From Sediminibacterium sp. (lineage in GTDB: Bacteria; Bacteroidota; Bacteroidia; Chitinophagales; Chitinophagaceae): a stretch of 64,000 bases of DNA. The stretch is from NCBI GenBank assembly GCA_017537025.1, contig JAFWCB010000005.1:586104-650103 (forward strand). The letters are read 5' to 3'. Positions 19,501 through 28,748 of this stretch are shown here, in pieces. Numbering within the stretch: the stretch's first letter is position 1; each line of letters opens with the position of its first letter. The position numbers and the translations under genes were made by a program. The notes under the pieces were generated by a model. It worked only from the letters and a program-made list of their open reading frames with translations, was not told where the DNA came from and made no database searches.

Positions 19501-19945
19501 CTTACAACAGTTTATGAAACAGCGTTTCCGCTGGACTTTCGGGGTGTTGCAAACATTTTGGAAAAATAGAGATGCTTTGTTCAATGTGAATTATAAAGTA
19601 CTTGGCTTTATTGCTTTACCTGATATTTTACTTTTTAAATATATTATTCCAGTATTTGCCCCGATTGCTGATTTAATGATGCTGGTAGGTTTATTTACAG
19701 GTAATGCTAGGGAAATTGGAGTGTATTATCTCTTTTTTGTGATCATCGATTTATTAGTAGCATTCCTGGCTTTCTATTTTGAAAAAGAAAAAGCATGGAA
19801 GTTATTATTCCTCATCCCTCAAAGGATTGTGTATAGATGGTTTTTATTGGTTGTTTTATTTCGCACATTTCGTAAAGCTATTAAAGGGGAGCTACAACAT
19901 TGGGGAGTATTGAAAAGAACAGGAAATGTAATGGATGCCTCCTAA
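16577..19945 (+). CDS. Fused GH18-like hydrolase / NodB-type polysaccharide deacetylase / processive GT2 synthase
   Basis: N-terminal TM; GH18-like GINIDFEE, FLMAYDQH; CE4 LTFDDGP, HTFTH; GT2 IIVPAYNEE, DADT, EDCD, QRFRW; C-terminal TM helices. Confidence 0.92.
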   Translation: MAKETTQIFQTANPTRWQRFKWGSRLLVFLLIIAVLAIIIGIRNTYVPDIPISQSARFKKILESTETGDSITKAYRGFRKFIDNRWAKGRGCGQNDSALHLSNSDKFSDSLGIRAAFYVEWDPQAYFSLKRNIHKLNLVIPEWIFLDPKGDSIVVRRTKRGHDAIKASGISVMPMLTNNIGGSWDGAVLHRILNDKTKRTKLINDVALFILKEGYTGINIDFEELVEEDDAVLINFQKELYEVFHRNKLLVSQDVIPFNEDYNYSALSKYNDYIFLMAYDQHTAETKPGPISSQKWIEAAVDKIVKKVSPEKIVLCLAGFGYDWPKGGVGVDLTYQQAVTIAKESEGIIKYDNDSYNLFYQYYDDHDLLHEVHFTDAVTNFNTLRFVTEYGLAGTSLWRMGSEDSRLWDFYHLNMSKAALQKFDFNEFGKVETTNDVDFMGEGEILDVLSTPKPGRIRTELDTAWMLISEQFYDTLPSMFVVKQSGKTNEKKLVLTFDDGPDPLYTKQILDILAKYKVVANFFIVGIEAEKNIPLVKRIFNEGHEIGNHTFTHPNMATVSTQRALLEMDATRLLIEAITGRSTIMFRAPFNADSHPEKMEELVPVALSRTKNYLTIGENIDPEDWIASEDPTYNADSIFNRVLRMKDLGNIILLHDAGGNRSATVAALPRIIEYFHKQGYQFVTVADLMGKTRDEVMPPVPNYKGNYLLQFNYILAETGYYTNLILFSLFILFLVLGSLRLATILICSLLQRALEKKKALEPITHFPQVSIIVPAYNEEVNAVSSLHNLLRCDYPNFDIIFVNDGSKDNTLNRVLDAFANHDKVKILDKPNGGKASALNYGISRTEAAYVVCIDADTKLKPNAVSKLMQHFNNEKVGAVAGNVKVGNENNIITIWQSIEYISSQNVDRKAFSYFNAITVVPGAIGAFRKTALEDAGGFTSDTLAEDCDLTIRILRCGYKIENENGAIALTEAPETLQQFMKQRFRWTFGVLQTFWKNRDALFNVNYKVLGFIALPDILLFKYIIPVFAPIADLMMLVGLFTGNAREIGVYYLFFVIIDLLVAFLAFYFEKEKAWKLLFLIPQRIVYRWFLLVVLFRTFRKAIKGELQHWGVLKRTGNVMDAS

Positions 19946-19988
19946 AAATGCCTTTACTTTGCAGCACTTTGAATAAAGTACTTATACT

Positions 19989-20951
19989 ATGAAGCTAAGC
20001 GATATCACCGTTTTAAACGAAAAAGAAACCAGAGGTGGCTTTGGAGAAGGGATACACGAAATTGGGAAAGAGAATCCCAATGTAGTCGTTCTCACTGCTG
20101 ATTTAGCAGGCTCTCTCAAATTAGGCCCATTTATTAAGGATTTCCCTGATCGTTTTGTACAAGTTGGTATTGCAGAGGCTAATATGATAGGCATTGCAGC
20201 AGGTATGACCGTAGGGGGCAAAATTCCTTATACAACCACTTTCGCCAATTTTAGTACCGGCAGGGTTTACGATCAAATTCGCCAAAGTGTAGCATATAGT
20301 GGTAAGAATGTAAAAATTTGCGCATCCCATGCAGGTTTAACATTGGGAGAAGACGGTGCCACACATCAGATATTGGAAGATATTGGCTTGATGAAAATGT
20401 TACCCGGTATGACGGTAATTGTGCCTTGTGATTTTAATCAAACCAAAGCTGCTACAAAAGCTATAGCAGCATATGAGGGGCCTGTATACTTACGTTTTGG
20501 CCGTCCAAAATGGCCCAATTTCACCACAGAAGATGGTAGTGATTTTGTAATTGGTAAAGCGCAACAAGTAAGTGAGGGTACTGATGTTTCTATTTTTGCA
20601 TGCGGACATATGGTATGGAATGCTATTGAAGCCGGTAAGCAATTAGAGGCGAAGGGAATTAGTGTTGAAGTCATTAACATACATACCATTAAACCTTTGG
20701 ATACCGAAGCTATTATCCGCTCTATTACTAAAACTAAATGCGCGGTTACGGCCGAAGAACATAATGTAATTGGGGGTTTAGGCGATGCCATTGCACAAGT
20801 GGCTGCAAAAAATTTCCCTATACCTATTGAATACATTGGTACCAACGATACTTTTGGCGAGAGCGGAAAACCGGTTGAATTGCTTACCAAGTATGGCTTA
20901 GATACCCCGCACATAGTTGCAGCAGCAGAAAAAGTCATTAGCAGAAAATAA
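19989..20951 (+). CDS. Transketolase C-terminal subunit (pyrimidine-binding plus C-terminal domains)
   Basis: VGIAEANM, GEDGATHQ, YLRFGR, IKPLD, AEEH motifs; no TPP-binding N-terminal domain. Confidence 0.93.
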   Translation: MKLSDITVLNEKETRGGFGEGIHEIGKENPNVVVLTADLAGSLKLGPFIKDFPDRFVQVGIAEANMIGIAAGMTVGGKIPYTTTFANFSTGRVYDQIRQSVAYSGKNVKICASHAGLTLGEDGATHQILEDIGLMKMLPGMTVIVPCDFNQTKAATKAIAAYEGPVYLRFGRPKWPNFTTEDGSDFVIGKAQQVSEGTDVSIFACGHMVWNAIEAGKQLEAKGISVEVINIHTIKPLDTEAIIRSITKTKCAVTAEEHNVIGGLGDAIAQVAAKNFPIPIEYIGTNDTFGESGKPVELLTKYGLDTPHIVAAAEKVISRK

Positions 20952-21590
20952 TTATGGCGCTAACCGTTCTCTCATCCAGTCGCTATTTTCTTTTTGATAC
21001 CGTATCCGATCGTGTAGCCGACTGCTTCTACCTTGCCAGAATTCGATTGCATTTGGTTTTACGATATAGCCTCCCCAATGATCGGGCCTCGGAATATCAG
21101 AGTCCTTAAATGCATCGGTATACTTCACTACATTTTTTTCCAAAATAGCTCTACTTTCAATAATACTACTTTGCGGAGAAGCCCAGGCGCCAATTTTACT
21201 TCCTTCAGGGCGAGATTTAAAATAAGCATCACTTTCTTCAGAGGAAATTTTTCCAGCAATACCTTCAATACGAACCTGCCGCTCTAACTCTTTCCAAAAA
21301 AATAGTAATGATACTTGGGGGTGCGCAGCGATGGCGCTTCCTTTACTACTATGATAATTAGTAAAGAAAACAAAACCTTCGCGGGTATACCCTTTAAGCA
21401 AAACAATTCTTGTACTTACGTTCCCGGCTGCGTTAACCGTGCCTAAAGTCATAGCATTCACTTCATCAATATCACTGGTTATTGCTTCTTGCCACCAGCT
21501 ATCAAATTGATCGAAAGGATTTGCGGCAGCATCTTTTTCATCAAAAGATTTCAGTTTATAATCTCGTCTGATATCTGCAATATTCGTCAT
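20952..21590 (-). CDS. pdxH: Pyridoxamine 5'-phosphate oxidase
   Basis: RIVLLK, FFTNYHSSKG, RQVRIEG, SRPEGSKIGAWAS, EFWQGRSSRLHDR. Confidence 0.96.
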   Translation of the reverse strand: MTNIADIRRDYKLKSFDEKDAAANPFDQFDSWWQEAITSDIDEVNAMTLGTVNAAGNVSTRIVLLKGYTREGFVFFTNYHSSKGSAIAAHPQVSLLFFWKELERQVRIEGIAGKISSEESDAYFKSRPEGSKIGAWASPQSSIIESRAILEKNVVKYTDAFKDSDIPRPDHWGGYIVKPNAIEFWQGRSSRLHDRIRYQKENSDWMRERLAP

Positions 21591-21592
21591 AT

Positions 21593-24500
21593 TTAATCTG
21601 TTACCTCTATCTTTTTCGCCTCATGTTTGCCCGACACAAAGGTATATACAGCAGGTATCACAAAAAGGGTAAGTAATAAAGAAAATAAAATCCCTCCAAC
21701 GATTACAATTCCTAAAGGCATCCGGCTAGTAGCTGCAGCCCCTAAGCTTAGTGCAATAGGTAATGCTCCCAATGAAGTAGCTAAGCTCGTCATTAATATA
21801 GGTCGTAATCGTTGTGCAGACGCTTCCAATACAGCTTCCCGCTTAGGTAAGCCAAACTCCCTTTTTTGATTTGCAAATTCGACAATTAATATACCGTTTT
21901 TAGTTACTAAGCCAATAAGCATGATCATTCCGATTTGAGAGAAGATATTTAATGTTTGATCAAAAATATGTAGGCTTAACAAAGCACCAGCCAATGCCAA
22001 GGGAACCGTCAACATAATTGTGAATGGATCTTTGAAACTTTCAAATTGCGCTGCAAGTACTAAATAAATTAATACCAAAGCTAACCCAAATGCAAAACTA
22101 GTATTTGATGAGCTCTCTGAGTAATCCCGGGATGGCCCGCTTAAATCAGTTTTAAAACTTTCATCTAATAACTTATCACCTATTCGTTGCATGGCTTTTA
22201 CACCATCGCCAATTGTTTTACCTTCTGCCAAAGAAGCGGAAATAGTTGCGGCTTTAAAGCGGTTATAATGATATAAAGTAGGTGGGTTTGAGTTTTCTTC
22301 TAATTTAACTACAGCACTTAACGGAATTCGCTCTCCTCTATTATTTCGTACATATAGTTTTTCGATATCTGCAGGCTCTCTTCTATCTCCATATTCTACT
22401 TGAGAAATAACCTGATACTGTTTGCCATTCATAATGAAATAAGCCAATCTCCTTCCGCTGAAGGCACTTGATACTACATCTCCCACATCTTGAATCGATA
22501 ATCCTAAATCTTTTGCTTTGATTCTATCGATGGTCAACTGTAATTCCGGTTTATTAAATTTCAAATTCACATCAACGTTCTGAAAGGTTTTATCTTTCCT
22601 GGCTTCGTCCAAAAATTTAGGAATTACCGTTTTAATTTTTTCGAAATTCAGATTTTGTAAGATAAACTGAACCGGCAAAGAACCTCTTGCAGCTAACCCC
22701 ACCGAAATGGTTTGCTCTTCAACCGGGAAAATCCGAGCATTATTAAATCGAGCTAGTTTTTTGCTTACTTCTTTTACAATATCACTTTGGCTACGTTTTC
22801 TTTCTTCAGGCTCTACCAGTTTTATTCTTGCTGTACCTGTATTTACACCACCATTACCTGCAAAACCCGGTATGGCAACAAATACAAATTTCTTTTCGGG
22901 TATTGAATCATTCAAATAATTGAGAAGTTTATCGCCCGTTTCATACATATACCCATAGCTTGCTCCTTCAGGCCCTGTCATCTGAAAGCGAATACTACTT
23001 CTATCTTCCATCGGCGCTAGTTCACTTTGCATAGTAACACCAATAAAATAAATACCCCCTAAACAGGCTGCAACAACTATCCAAGCCATCCAACGAATCC
23101 GCAAGAAAGCTGCCAACAAACGCTTATAGCCATTTTCCATACCTCTAAAAAAAGGCTCTGTCATTTCATAAAACTTACCATGACCTGCATCTTTTTTATT
23201 CAGATATACATTTAATACAGGCGTAATAGTTAGTGAAACAAAGGCAGAAATTAATACGGCTCCGGCTACTACAATACCGAATTCACGAAATAAACTTCCT
23301 ACAAAGCCTTGTAAAAAGATCACAGGCAAAAACACTACAGCTAATGTGATAGAGGTAGATAGTACCGCAAAGAAAATTTCTTTACTGCCCTCTAAAGCCG
23401 CTTTTCGAATAGGTAATCCGCCCTCTAATTTCCTAAATATATTTTCAGTTACAACAATACCATCATCCACCACCAACCCGGTTGCCAATACAATACCTAA
23501 TAGCGTAAGAACATTTATTGAGAATCCGGCTACATACATGATAAAGAAAGTAGCCACTAGAGAAATCGGAATATCTATTAACGGGCGAATGGCGATTAAC
23601 CAGTTACGGAAGAAGAAAAATATAACCAACACTACCAAGCTAAAGGATATCAATAACGTTTCTTCCACTTCTTTAATAGAGCGGCGAACATTCAGTGTTT
23701 GGTCGATCAGTATATTTAATTCAAAATCACCTTTCTCAGATTTCTGAATCTCTGCCAATCTCTTATAAAACTCATCTGCAATTTTAATATAGTTCGCACC
23801 GGGCTGCGGAATAATTTGTAAACCCACTGCACTTACACCATTTAAACGCCAGCTAAATTCATCTTGCTCGGGGCCAATCTCTACTTTCGCAACATCCGAT
23901 AAGCGAACAATACCATTGGCATCCTGACGAATAATAAGGTCTCTAAAATCTTTCTCTGTTGTTAATCGGCCTAATGCCCGAATAGTTAATTCCGTATTAT
24001 CTCCATAAATTTTTCCGGAAGGAATTTCAATGTTCTCTGTATTTAAAGCGTTGCGAATATCACTAAAAGCAATATTAAATGAATTAAGTTTATCCGGATT
24101 AATCCAGATCCGCATGGATGGGCGCTTTTGTCCGATTATGTTCACCGCACTTACTTCAGGTATCGTTTGAAAACGTTCTTGTAAAACATTCTCGGCATAG
24201 TCGCTCAATTCTAATAAACCCTTGGTTCTACTTTGAATCGACAACAAAATAATAAAATCACTATTAGCGTCGGATTTACTTACGACTGGGGGTGCATCCA
24301 CATCCTGCGGAAGGTTCCGTATCGCCTGGCTCACTTTATCTCGTACATCATTTGCAGCAGCTTCTAAATCTGCTGAAATATTAAATTCTACTGTGATATT
24401 GCTCGAGCCGTTGGAGCTAGAAGAAGAAATGCTACGTATCCCCGGGATACCATTAATAGATTTTTCTAGGGGCTCGGTAATTTGGCTCTCAATAATATCT

Positions 24501-24667
24501 GAGTTTGCACCGGCATAAGATGTTCGCACATTTACTACCGGCGGATCAATGGCCGGGTACTCTCTTACTGCTAAAAAATTATATCCCACTACGCCAAATA
24601 GCACAATGAGTATATTCATTACGGTAGCAAGTATGGGTCGCTTTAACGCTAATTCTGAAATATTCAT
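21593..24667 (-). CDS. RND efflux transporter permease (HAE1/AcrB-MdtB-like)
   Basis: 1024 aa, GLVVDDGIVVTENI, GLVTKNGILIVE, RLRPILMT. Confidence 0.95.
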   Translation of the reverse strand: MNISELALKRPILATVMNILIVLFGVVGYNFLAVREYPAIDPPVVNVRTSYAGANSDIIESQITEPLEKSINGIPGIRSISSSSSNGSSNITVEFNISADLEAAANDVRDKVSQAIRNLPQDVDAPPVVSKSDANSDFIILLSIQSRTKGLLELSDYAENVLQERFQTIPEVSAVNIIGQKRPSMRIWINPDKLNSFNIAFSDIRNALNTENIEIPSGKIYGDNTELTIRALGRLTTEKDFRDLIIRQDANGIVRLSDVAKVEIGPEQDEFSWRLNGVSAVGLQIIPQPGANYIKIADEFYKRLAEIQKSEKGDFELNILIDQTLNVRRSIKEVEETLLISFSLVVLVIFFFFRNWLIAIRPLIDIPISLVATFFIMYVAGFSINVLTLLGIVLATGLVVDDGIVVTENIFRKLEGGLPIRKAALEGSKEIFFAVLSTSITLAVVFLPVIFLQGFVGSLFREFGIVVAGAVLISAFVSLTITPVLNVYLNKKDAGHGKFYEMTEPFFRGMENGYKRLLAAFLRIRWMAWIVVAACLGGIYFIGVTMQSELAPMEDRSSIRFQMTGPEGASYGYMYETGDKLLNYLNDSIPEKKFVFVAIPGFAGNGGVNTGTARIKLVEPEERKRSQSDIVKEVSKKLARFNNARIFPVEEQTISVGLAARGSLPVQFILQNLNFEKIKTVIPKFLDEARKDKTFQNVDVNLKFNKPELQLTIDRIKAKDLGLSIQDVGDVVSSAFSGRRLAYFIMNGKQYQVISQVEYGDRREPADIEKLYVRNNRGERIPLSAVVKLEENSNPPTLYHYNRFKAATISASLAEGKTIGDGVKAMQRIGDKLLDESFKTDLSGPSRDYSESSSNTSFAFGLALVLIYLVLAAQFESFKDPFTIMLTVPLALAGALLSLHIFDQTLNIFSQIGMIMLIGLVTKNGILIVEFANQKREFGLPKREAVLEASAQRLRPILMTSLATSLGALPIALSLGAAATSRMPLGIVIVGGILFSLLLTLFVIPAVYTFVSGKHEAKKIEVTD

Positions 24668-24670
24668 GTA

Positions 24671-25738
24671 CTACTGTTCCTGCTGTTGTTGATTAATTAA
24701 ATCGCTCAATTTCTTCACACTCCTCACTTTTACGGGTTGATTAGGGCGTACAAATAAAACACCTGTAACTACAACACTATCACCGGGATTTACTCCTTTT
24801 GTGATCTCAACTGCTCCTGAGCCTCGATAGCCTGTTTGTACGCTTACCATCTGTCCTTTCCCATCTTTTATGATGATTAATTTTTTAGCGGTAGCGTCAG
24901 GAATAATAGTATTTGTTGGTACTAAGACAGTATTTCTGCCCGATTTCTCATCCAATAAAACTTTTACGAAAGTACCTGGCTCAATAATACCTCCTTCCAA
25001 TACTGCCCTTACTCGTAAGTTTCTGGTAGTAGCATTAATTTGTGGATCAGTAGCTACAATGGTAGCTTTTCTTTTTGGGCTATTTCCATTTGTTTGGATG
25101 GTTATTGTAGCCCCTTTTTTAATTAGTCCGGTATATAATTCAGGTACGTTAAAATCTATTTTCACTTTATCAACTTGTTGTAAAGTTGAAATAGCCGTTG
25201 TTGGGGAAACATAAGCCCCCGGAGAAATCATTCTCAACCCTAGTACCCCACCAAAAGGTGCTTTTACAACCGTTTTATCAAGTTGTGCCTGCGTTACAGC
25301 CAAATCGGCTTTTAAACTATTCACCTGATTCAAAGCAGCATCGTAATCGGCTTGATTAATACCGTTAATGGCTATCAACTTGCGCAAACGTTGTTCCGTT
25401 TTCTGCGCTAAATCGAGCAACACTTTTGTTTTATTCAAACTTGCCTGCAAATCAGCATCATTGATTCTTGCCAATATGGTACCGGCACTAACTTTTGCAC
25501 CATCAGGTACATTCAAGTAAGTTAATCTACCGCTAATTTCCGGATTAATCGTTACAGTTTCAAAGGGGATTACAGTACCGTTTACTTCAACCGTATTCGA
25601 TACAGAAGATCCTCCGGCAATCAATACATCAACAATAGATGCCTGTGGTTTATCATTTGCTTTTACTTCTACCGGATTTTTTTTCTCCTTACAAGAAAAA
25701 ATAAAAAATAACGAGGCTAAAAAAAGGTAATTTTTCAA
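24671..25738 (-). CDS. RND periplasmic adaptor (membrane fusion lipoprotein)
   Basis: Lipobox FIFSC; INPEISGR, APFGGVLG, LVPTNTII; directly upstream of the permease. Confidence 0.93.
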   Translation of the reverse strand: MKNYLFLASLFFIFSCKEKKNPVEVKANDKPQASIVDVLIAGGSSVSNTVEVNGTVIPFETVTINPEISGRLTYLNVPDGAKVSAGTILARINDADLQASLNKTKVLLDLAQKTEQRLRKLIAINGINQADYDAALNQVNSLKADLAVTQAQLDKTVVKAPFGGVLGLRMISPGAYVSPTTAISTLQQVDKVKIDFNVPELYTGLIKKGATITIQTNGNSPKRKATIVATDPQINATTRNLRVRAVLEGGIIEPGTFVKVLLDEKSGRNTVLVPTNTIIPDATAKKLIIIKDGKGQMVSVQTGYRGSGAVEITKGVNPGDSVVVTGVLFVRPNQPVKVRSVKKLSDLINQQQQEQ

Positions 25739-25883
25739 TCGTACAGGTTTTGGAAGCGCTAAAGATAGAAATAATTTGTTATTGGTATTTTACGGCTTTA
25801 TGAATGGCAAAGCAAGTAAAATATTCGGCGAAAGCTAAGTTTATACCGATCAAATTGTACATTCATATCACAAACGATTGCTT

Positions 25884-26714
25884 ATGTATGAACTCAGCAC
25901 CCGGTACCCTCAAAAAAGAGCTTTTATAACCGGTGCCGCATCGGGTTTAGGTAAAGCTTTTGCCCTGGAATTAGCGGCAGATGGTTTCACTATCGGTTTA
26001 GCCGATATTAACGCTACTAATCTGGAAACGGTTGGTAGGGAGGTAAAAATTGCCGGTGGTAATCCGCTTATCTATCAATTAGATGTGTCTGATAAAGAAG
26101 CCTATAAAATAGTTGCCGAAAAATTTTTAGCAGATGCAGGTGGCATAGACTTACTTTTTAACAATGCCGGTGTTGGCGATGGTGGTGCTTTTGAAGCTTA
26201 TGCTTTAGAGAATTATGAATGGATGATCAACATCAACCAACTGGGAGTGCTGTATGGATGTTGGTATTTTATTCCGGCGATGAAACAACAAAAATCCGGA
26301 CATATACTAAATACCGCCAGTGCCGCAGCCATTGGTTGCGCGCCTACGATGGGAGCTTATAATATGACTAAAGCTGCAGTAGTTGCTATTAGTGAAACAT
26401 TATACGGAGAATTAATGGATGATGGTATTCATGTTTCCTGTATTCAACCTACCTACTTCAAAACAAATATCGCCGAATCTGCCAGAGGGGGCGCCTTGAT
26501 CAAAAAAGTAACACAGAAATTTATTGATAGATCGGGATTAGAAGCCAAAGAGGTAGCACAAGAAATATTACATCGTGCCGGTAAAAAAGAGCTTTATATC
26601 ATCTTACCCAAAGATGCCCGTAAAATGTGGTTCTTCAAACGATTGGCACCAACTTGGTTTAGAAAAAAAGTAAAAGAACAGTTTATGTACGCAATGCATA
26701 AAGCCGCTAAATAA
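25884..26714 (+). CDS. Short-chain dehydrogenase/reductase (probably NAD(H)-dependent)
   Basis: TGAASGLG, acidic ADIN, NNAG, NTAS, YNMTK; start moved to ATG 25884. Confidence 0.92.
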   Translation: MYELSTRYPQKRAFITGAASGLGKAFALELAADGFTIGLADINATNLETVGREVKIAGGNPLIYQLDVSDKEAYKIVAEKFLADAGGIDLLFNNAGVGDGGAFEAYALENYEWMININQLGVLYGCWYFIPAMKQQKSGHILNTASAAAIGCAPTMGAYNMTKAAVVAISETLYGELMDDGIHVSCIQPTYFKTNIAESARGGALIKKVTQKFIDRSGLEAKEVAQEILHRAGKKELYIILPKDARKMWFFKRLAPTWFRKKVKEQFMYAMHKAAK

Positions 26715-26715
26715 T

Positions 26716-27483
26716 ATGAAAGCAAATCAAATTTTTTCTTTAACAGGAAAAGTAGCACTTATAACAGGTGCTAGCAAAGGAATTGGTGAAGCCATCGCTC
26801 ATTTTTTTGCTGCCAATGGTGCACAGGTCGTAATCAATTCTCGTAAGCAAGAAGATCTCGATAAAGTAGCTGCCGCCATAACAAATAATGGAGGTCAATG
26901 TATCGGCTTTGCCGGAAACGCAGGCGATATCAGCTCATGCAAAGATTTAGTAGATAAAACAGTTGCTCATTTTGGAGGAATAGATATTCTTGTAAATAAT
27001 GCCGCTAGTAATCCTGTATTCGGTCCTGTTGTAACCTGTGAGGAATGGGCTTTTGATAAAATTATGGATGTAAATGTAAAAGCACCTTTTGAGTTAGGTA
27101 AACTAGTTTATCCTATCATGAAAGCAAGAGGGGGTGGATCTGTTATTAATATTAGTTCTATTGCCGGTAACACCCCCGATCCGGGATTGGGGATTTACTC
27201 CGTATCGAAAGCTGCGCTCAATATGCTTACCCGTGTAACTGCTAAGGAATGGGGTACCGATCATATTCGTGTGAATGCTATTTGTCCGGGTTTGATAAAA
27301 ACAAAATTCTCCGAAGCATTATGGCAAAATGAAAAGTGGTTACATCATTTTGTAAAGCAGGCACCCATTGCACGTATGGGCACTGTAGAAGAAATTGCCG
27401 CACTTGCTTTATTTCTCGCCTCTGATGCGTCGGGCTATTGCACGGGTACATTATTCACGGCCGATGGTGGCGTAACAATTTAA
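26716..27483 (+). CDS. Short-chain dehydrogenase/reductase, DHRS4-like (probably NADP(H)-dependent)
   Basis: TGASKGIG, basic NSRK, NNAASNPVFG, YSVSK, PGLIKTKFS. Confidence 0.92.
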   Translation: MKANQIFSLTGKVALITGASKGIGEAIAHFFAANGAQVVINSRKQEDLDKVAAAITNNGGQCIGFAGNAGDISSCKDLVDKTVAHFGGIDILVNNAASNPVFGPVVTCEEWAFDKIMDVNVKAPFELGKLVYPIMKARGGGSVINISSIAGNTPDPGLGIYSVSKAALNMLTRVTAKEWGTDHIRVNAICPGLIKTKFSEALWQNEKWLHHFVKQAPIARMGTVEEIAALALFLASDASGYCTGTLFTADGGVTI

Positions 27484-27484
27484 T

Positions 27485-28699
27485 ATGGAACCGATTTTTA
27501 TTACAGACAGAATTAAAGATCTACTACCTCAAGTAAAAGAGTTTGTACTTACAGAGCTTGTTCCATTAGAGGTAGATCATATTACTCGTCCGTTTAAAGA
27601 AACGGAAAAAATATTAGCCCAAAAAAGAGAGTTAGTAAAGGCTAAAGGCTGGTGGAATTGCCATTTACCTGCCGCCGAAGGCGGCATGGGTTTAACCTTA
27701 TGTGAATTCGGACAAGTGAGCGAAATTCTTTCCTTAGCACCATATTACGGACAATATACCTTTAATGCCCAAGCTCCAGATATTGGTAATACAGAGCTCA
27801 TCAGCAAGTTTGGATCGGCGGCCATCAAAGAAAAATTTTTACACCCCTTACTCGAAGGAAAGATTAGAAGTTGTTTTTCTATGACCGAGCCCGAGTTTGC
27901 AGGTTCTAATCCAACTCGTATGGCTACCACTGCAGTTCGCGAGGGAAATGAATATGTTATTAACGGACATAAATGGTTTACCACTGCAGCCGATGGTGCT
28001 TCTTTTGCTATTGTGATGGCTGTTACGAATCCACAAGCTAAGCCGCATGAAAGAGCTAGTATGATTATTGTTCCTACAGATACTCCGGGGTATGAACTGG
28101 TGCGTAATATTCCCGTATTCGGCGAGCCCGGCGAAGGCTGGGCGAGCCATGCCGAAATAAAATATACAAATTGCCGCGTACCTGTCAGTAATTTAATCGG
28201 TGAAGAAAATCAAGGCTTCCGATTAGCACAGGAAAGATTAGGTCCGGGAAGAATTCATCATTGTATGCGTTGGATAGGTATTGCAGAAAAAGCTTTCGAC
28301 CTCATGTGCAAACGAGCCGTATCCCGCGAAATGGAAGAGGGTGTTGTACTCGGACAAAAACAATTTATTCAAGGATTTATTGCAGAAAGTAGGGTAGCTA
28401 TAGACGCCTGCAGATTATTGGTATTACGCACAGCGCATAATATTGATTTGTATGGCGCGCCGGCAGTACGTGATCAAATTTCAGGGATCAAATTCTATGT
28501 AGCGAATATGTTCTTGCAAGTACTCGATAGAGCCATTCAAGTACACGGTGCTATGGGCATTTCCGATGCCACCATGCTTGCTAATTTATATCAACACGAA
28601 CGCGGCGCCAGAATTTGGGATGGTGCGGATGAAGTACATAAGCAAAGCTTAGCGCTGAGTATTTTGAAGAAATATGGGATGAGTAAAGCAAGTCAATAA
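27485..28699 (+). CDS. Acyl-CoA dehydrogenase, ACAD10/ACAD11/LvaC-like subfamily
   Basis: APDIGNTE, MTEP, AQERLGPGRIHHCMR, RIWDGADEVH (Asp at the catalytic position). Confidence 0.92.
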   Translation: MEPIFITDRIKDLLPQVKEFVLTELVPLEVDHITRPFKETEKILAQKRELVKAKGWWNCHLPAAEGGMGLTLCEFGQVSEILSLAPYYGQYTFNAQAPDIGNTELISKFGSAAIKEKFLHPLLEGKIRSCFSMTEPEFAGSNPTRMATTAVREGNEYVINGHKWFTTAADGASFAIVMAVTNPQAKPHERASMIIVPTDTPGYELVRNIPVFGEPGEGWASHAEIKYTNCRVPVSNLIGEENQGFRLAQERLGPGRIHHCMRWIGIAEKAFDLMCKRAVSREMEEGVVLGQKQFIQGFIAESRVAIDACRLLVLRTAHNIDLYGAPAVRDQISGIKFYVANMFLQVLDRAIQVHGAMGISDATMLANLYQHERGARIWDGADEVHKQSLALSILKKYGMSKASQ

Positions 28700-28702
28700 G
28701 TA

Positions 28703-28733
28703 TCACCCTGTCCGCCTTGGCGGAGTCGAAGGG
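28703..28733. repeat. REP-like intergenic element (TCACCCTG-[TCCGCCTTGGCGGA]-GTCGAAGGG)
   Basis: Flanks match the reverse complement of the 36037-36060 element; internal 6-bp perfect hairpin. Confidence 0.7.
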
Positions 28734-28748
28734 TCAAATAAGCATAAG

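Noticed and set aside
14907-19945. carB-half plus NodB/NodC-like fusion as a carbamoylated chito-oligosaccharide (Nod-factor-like) cluster
   Set aside because: No carbamoyltransferase (NodU/NolO) or acyltransferase present, and a separate canonical promoter precedes the GT2 gene; adjacency is probably positional
21593-25738. RND pair lacking an outer-membrane factor
   Set aside because: Common arrangement; a TolC-type channel is usually shared from elsewhere
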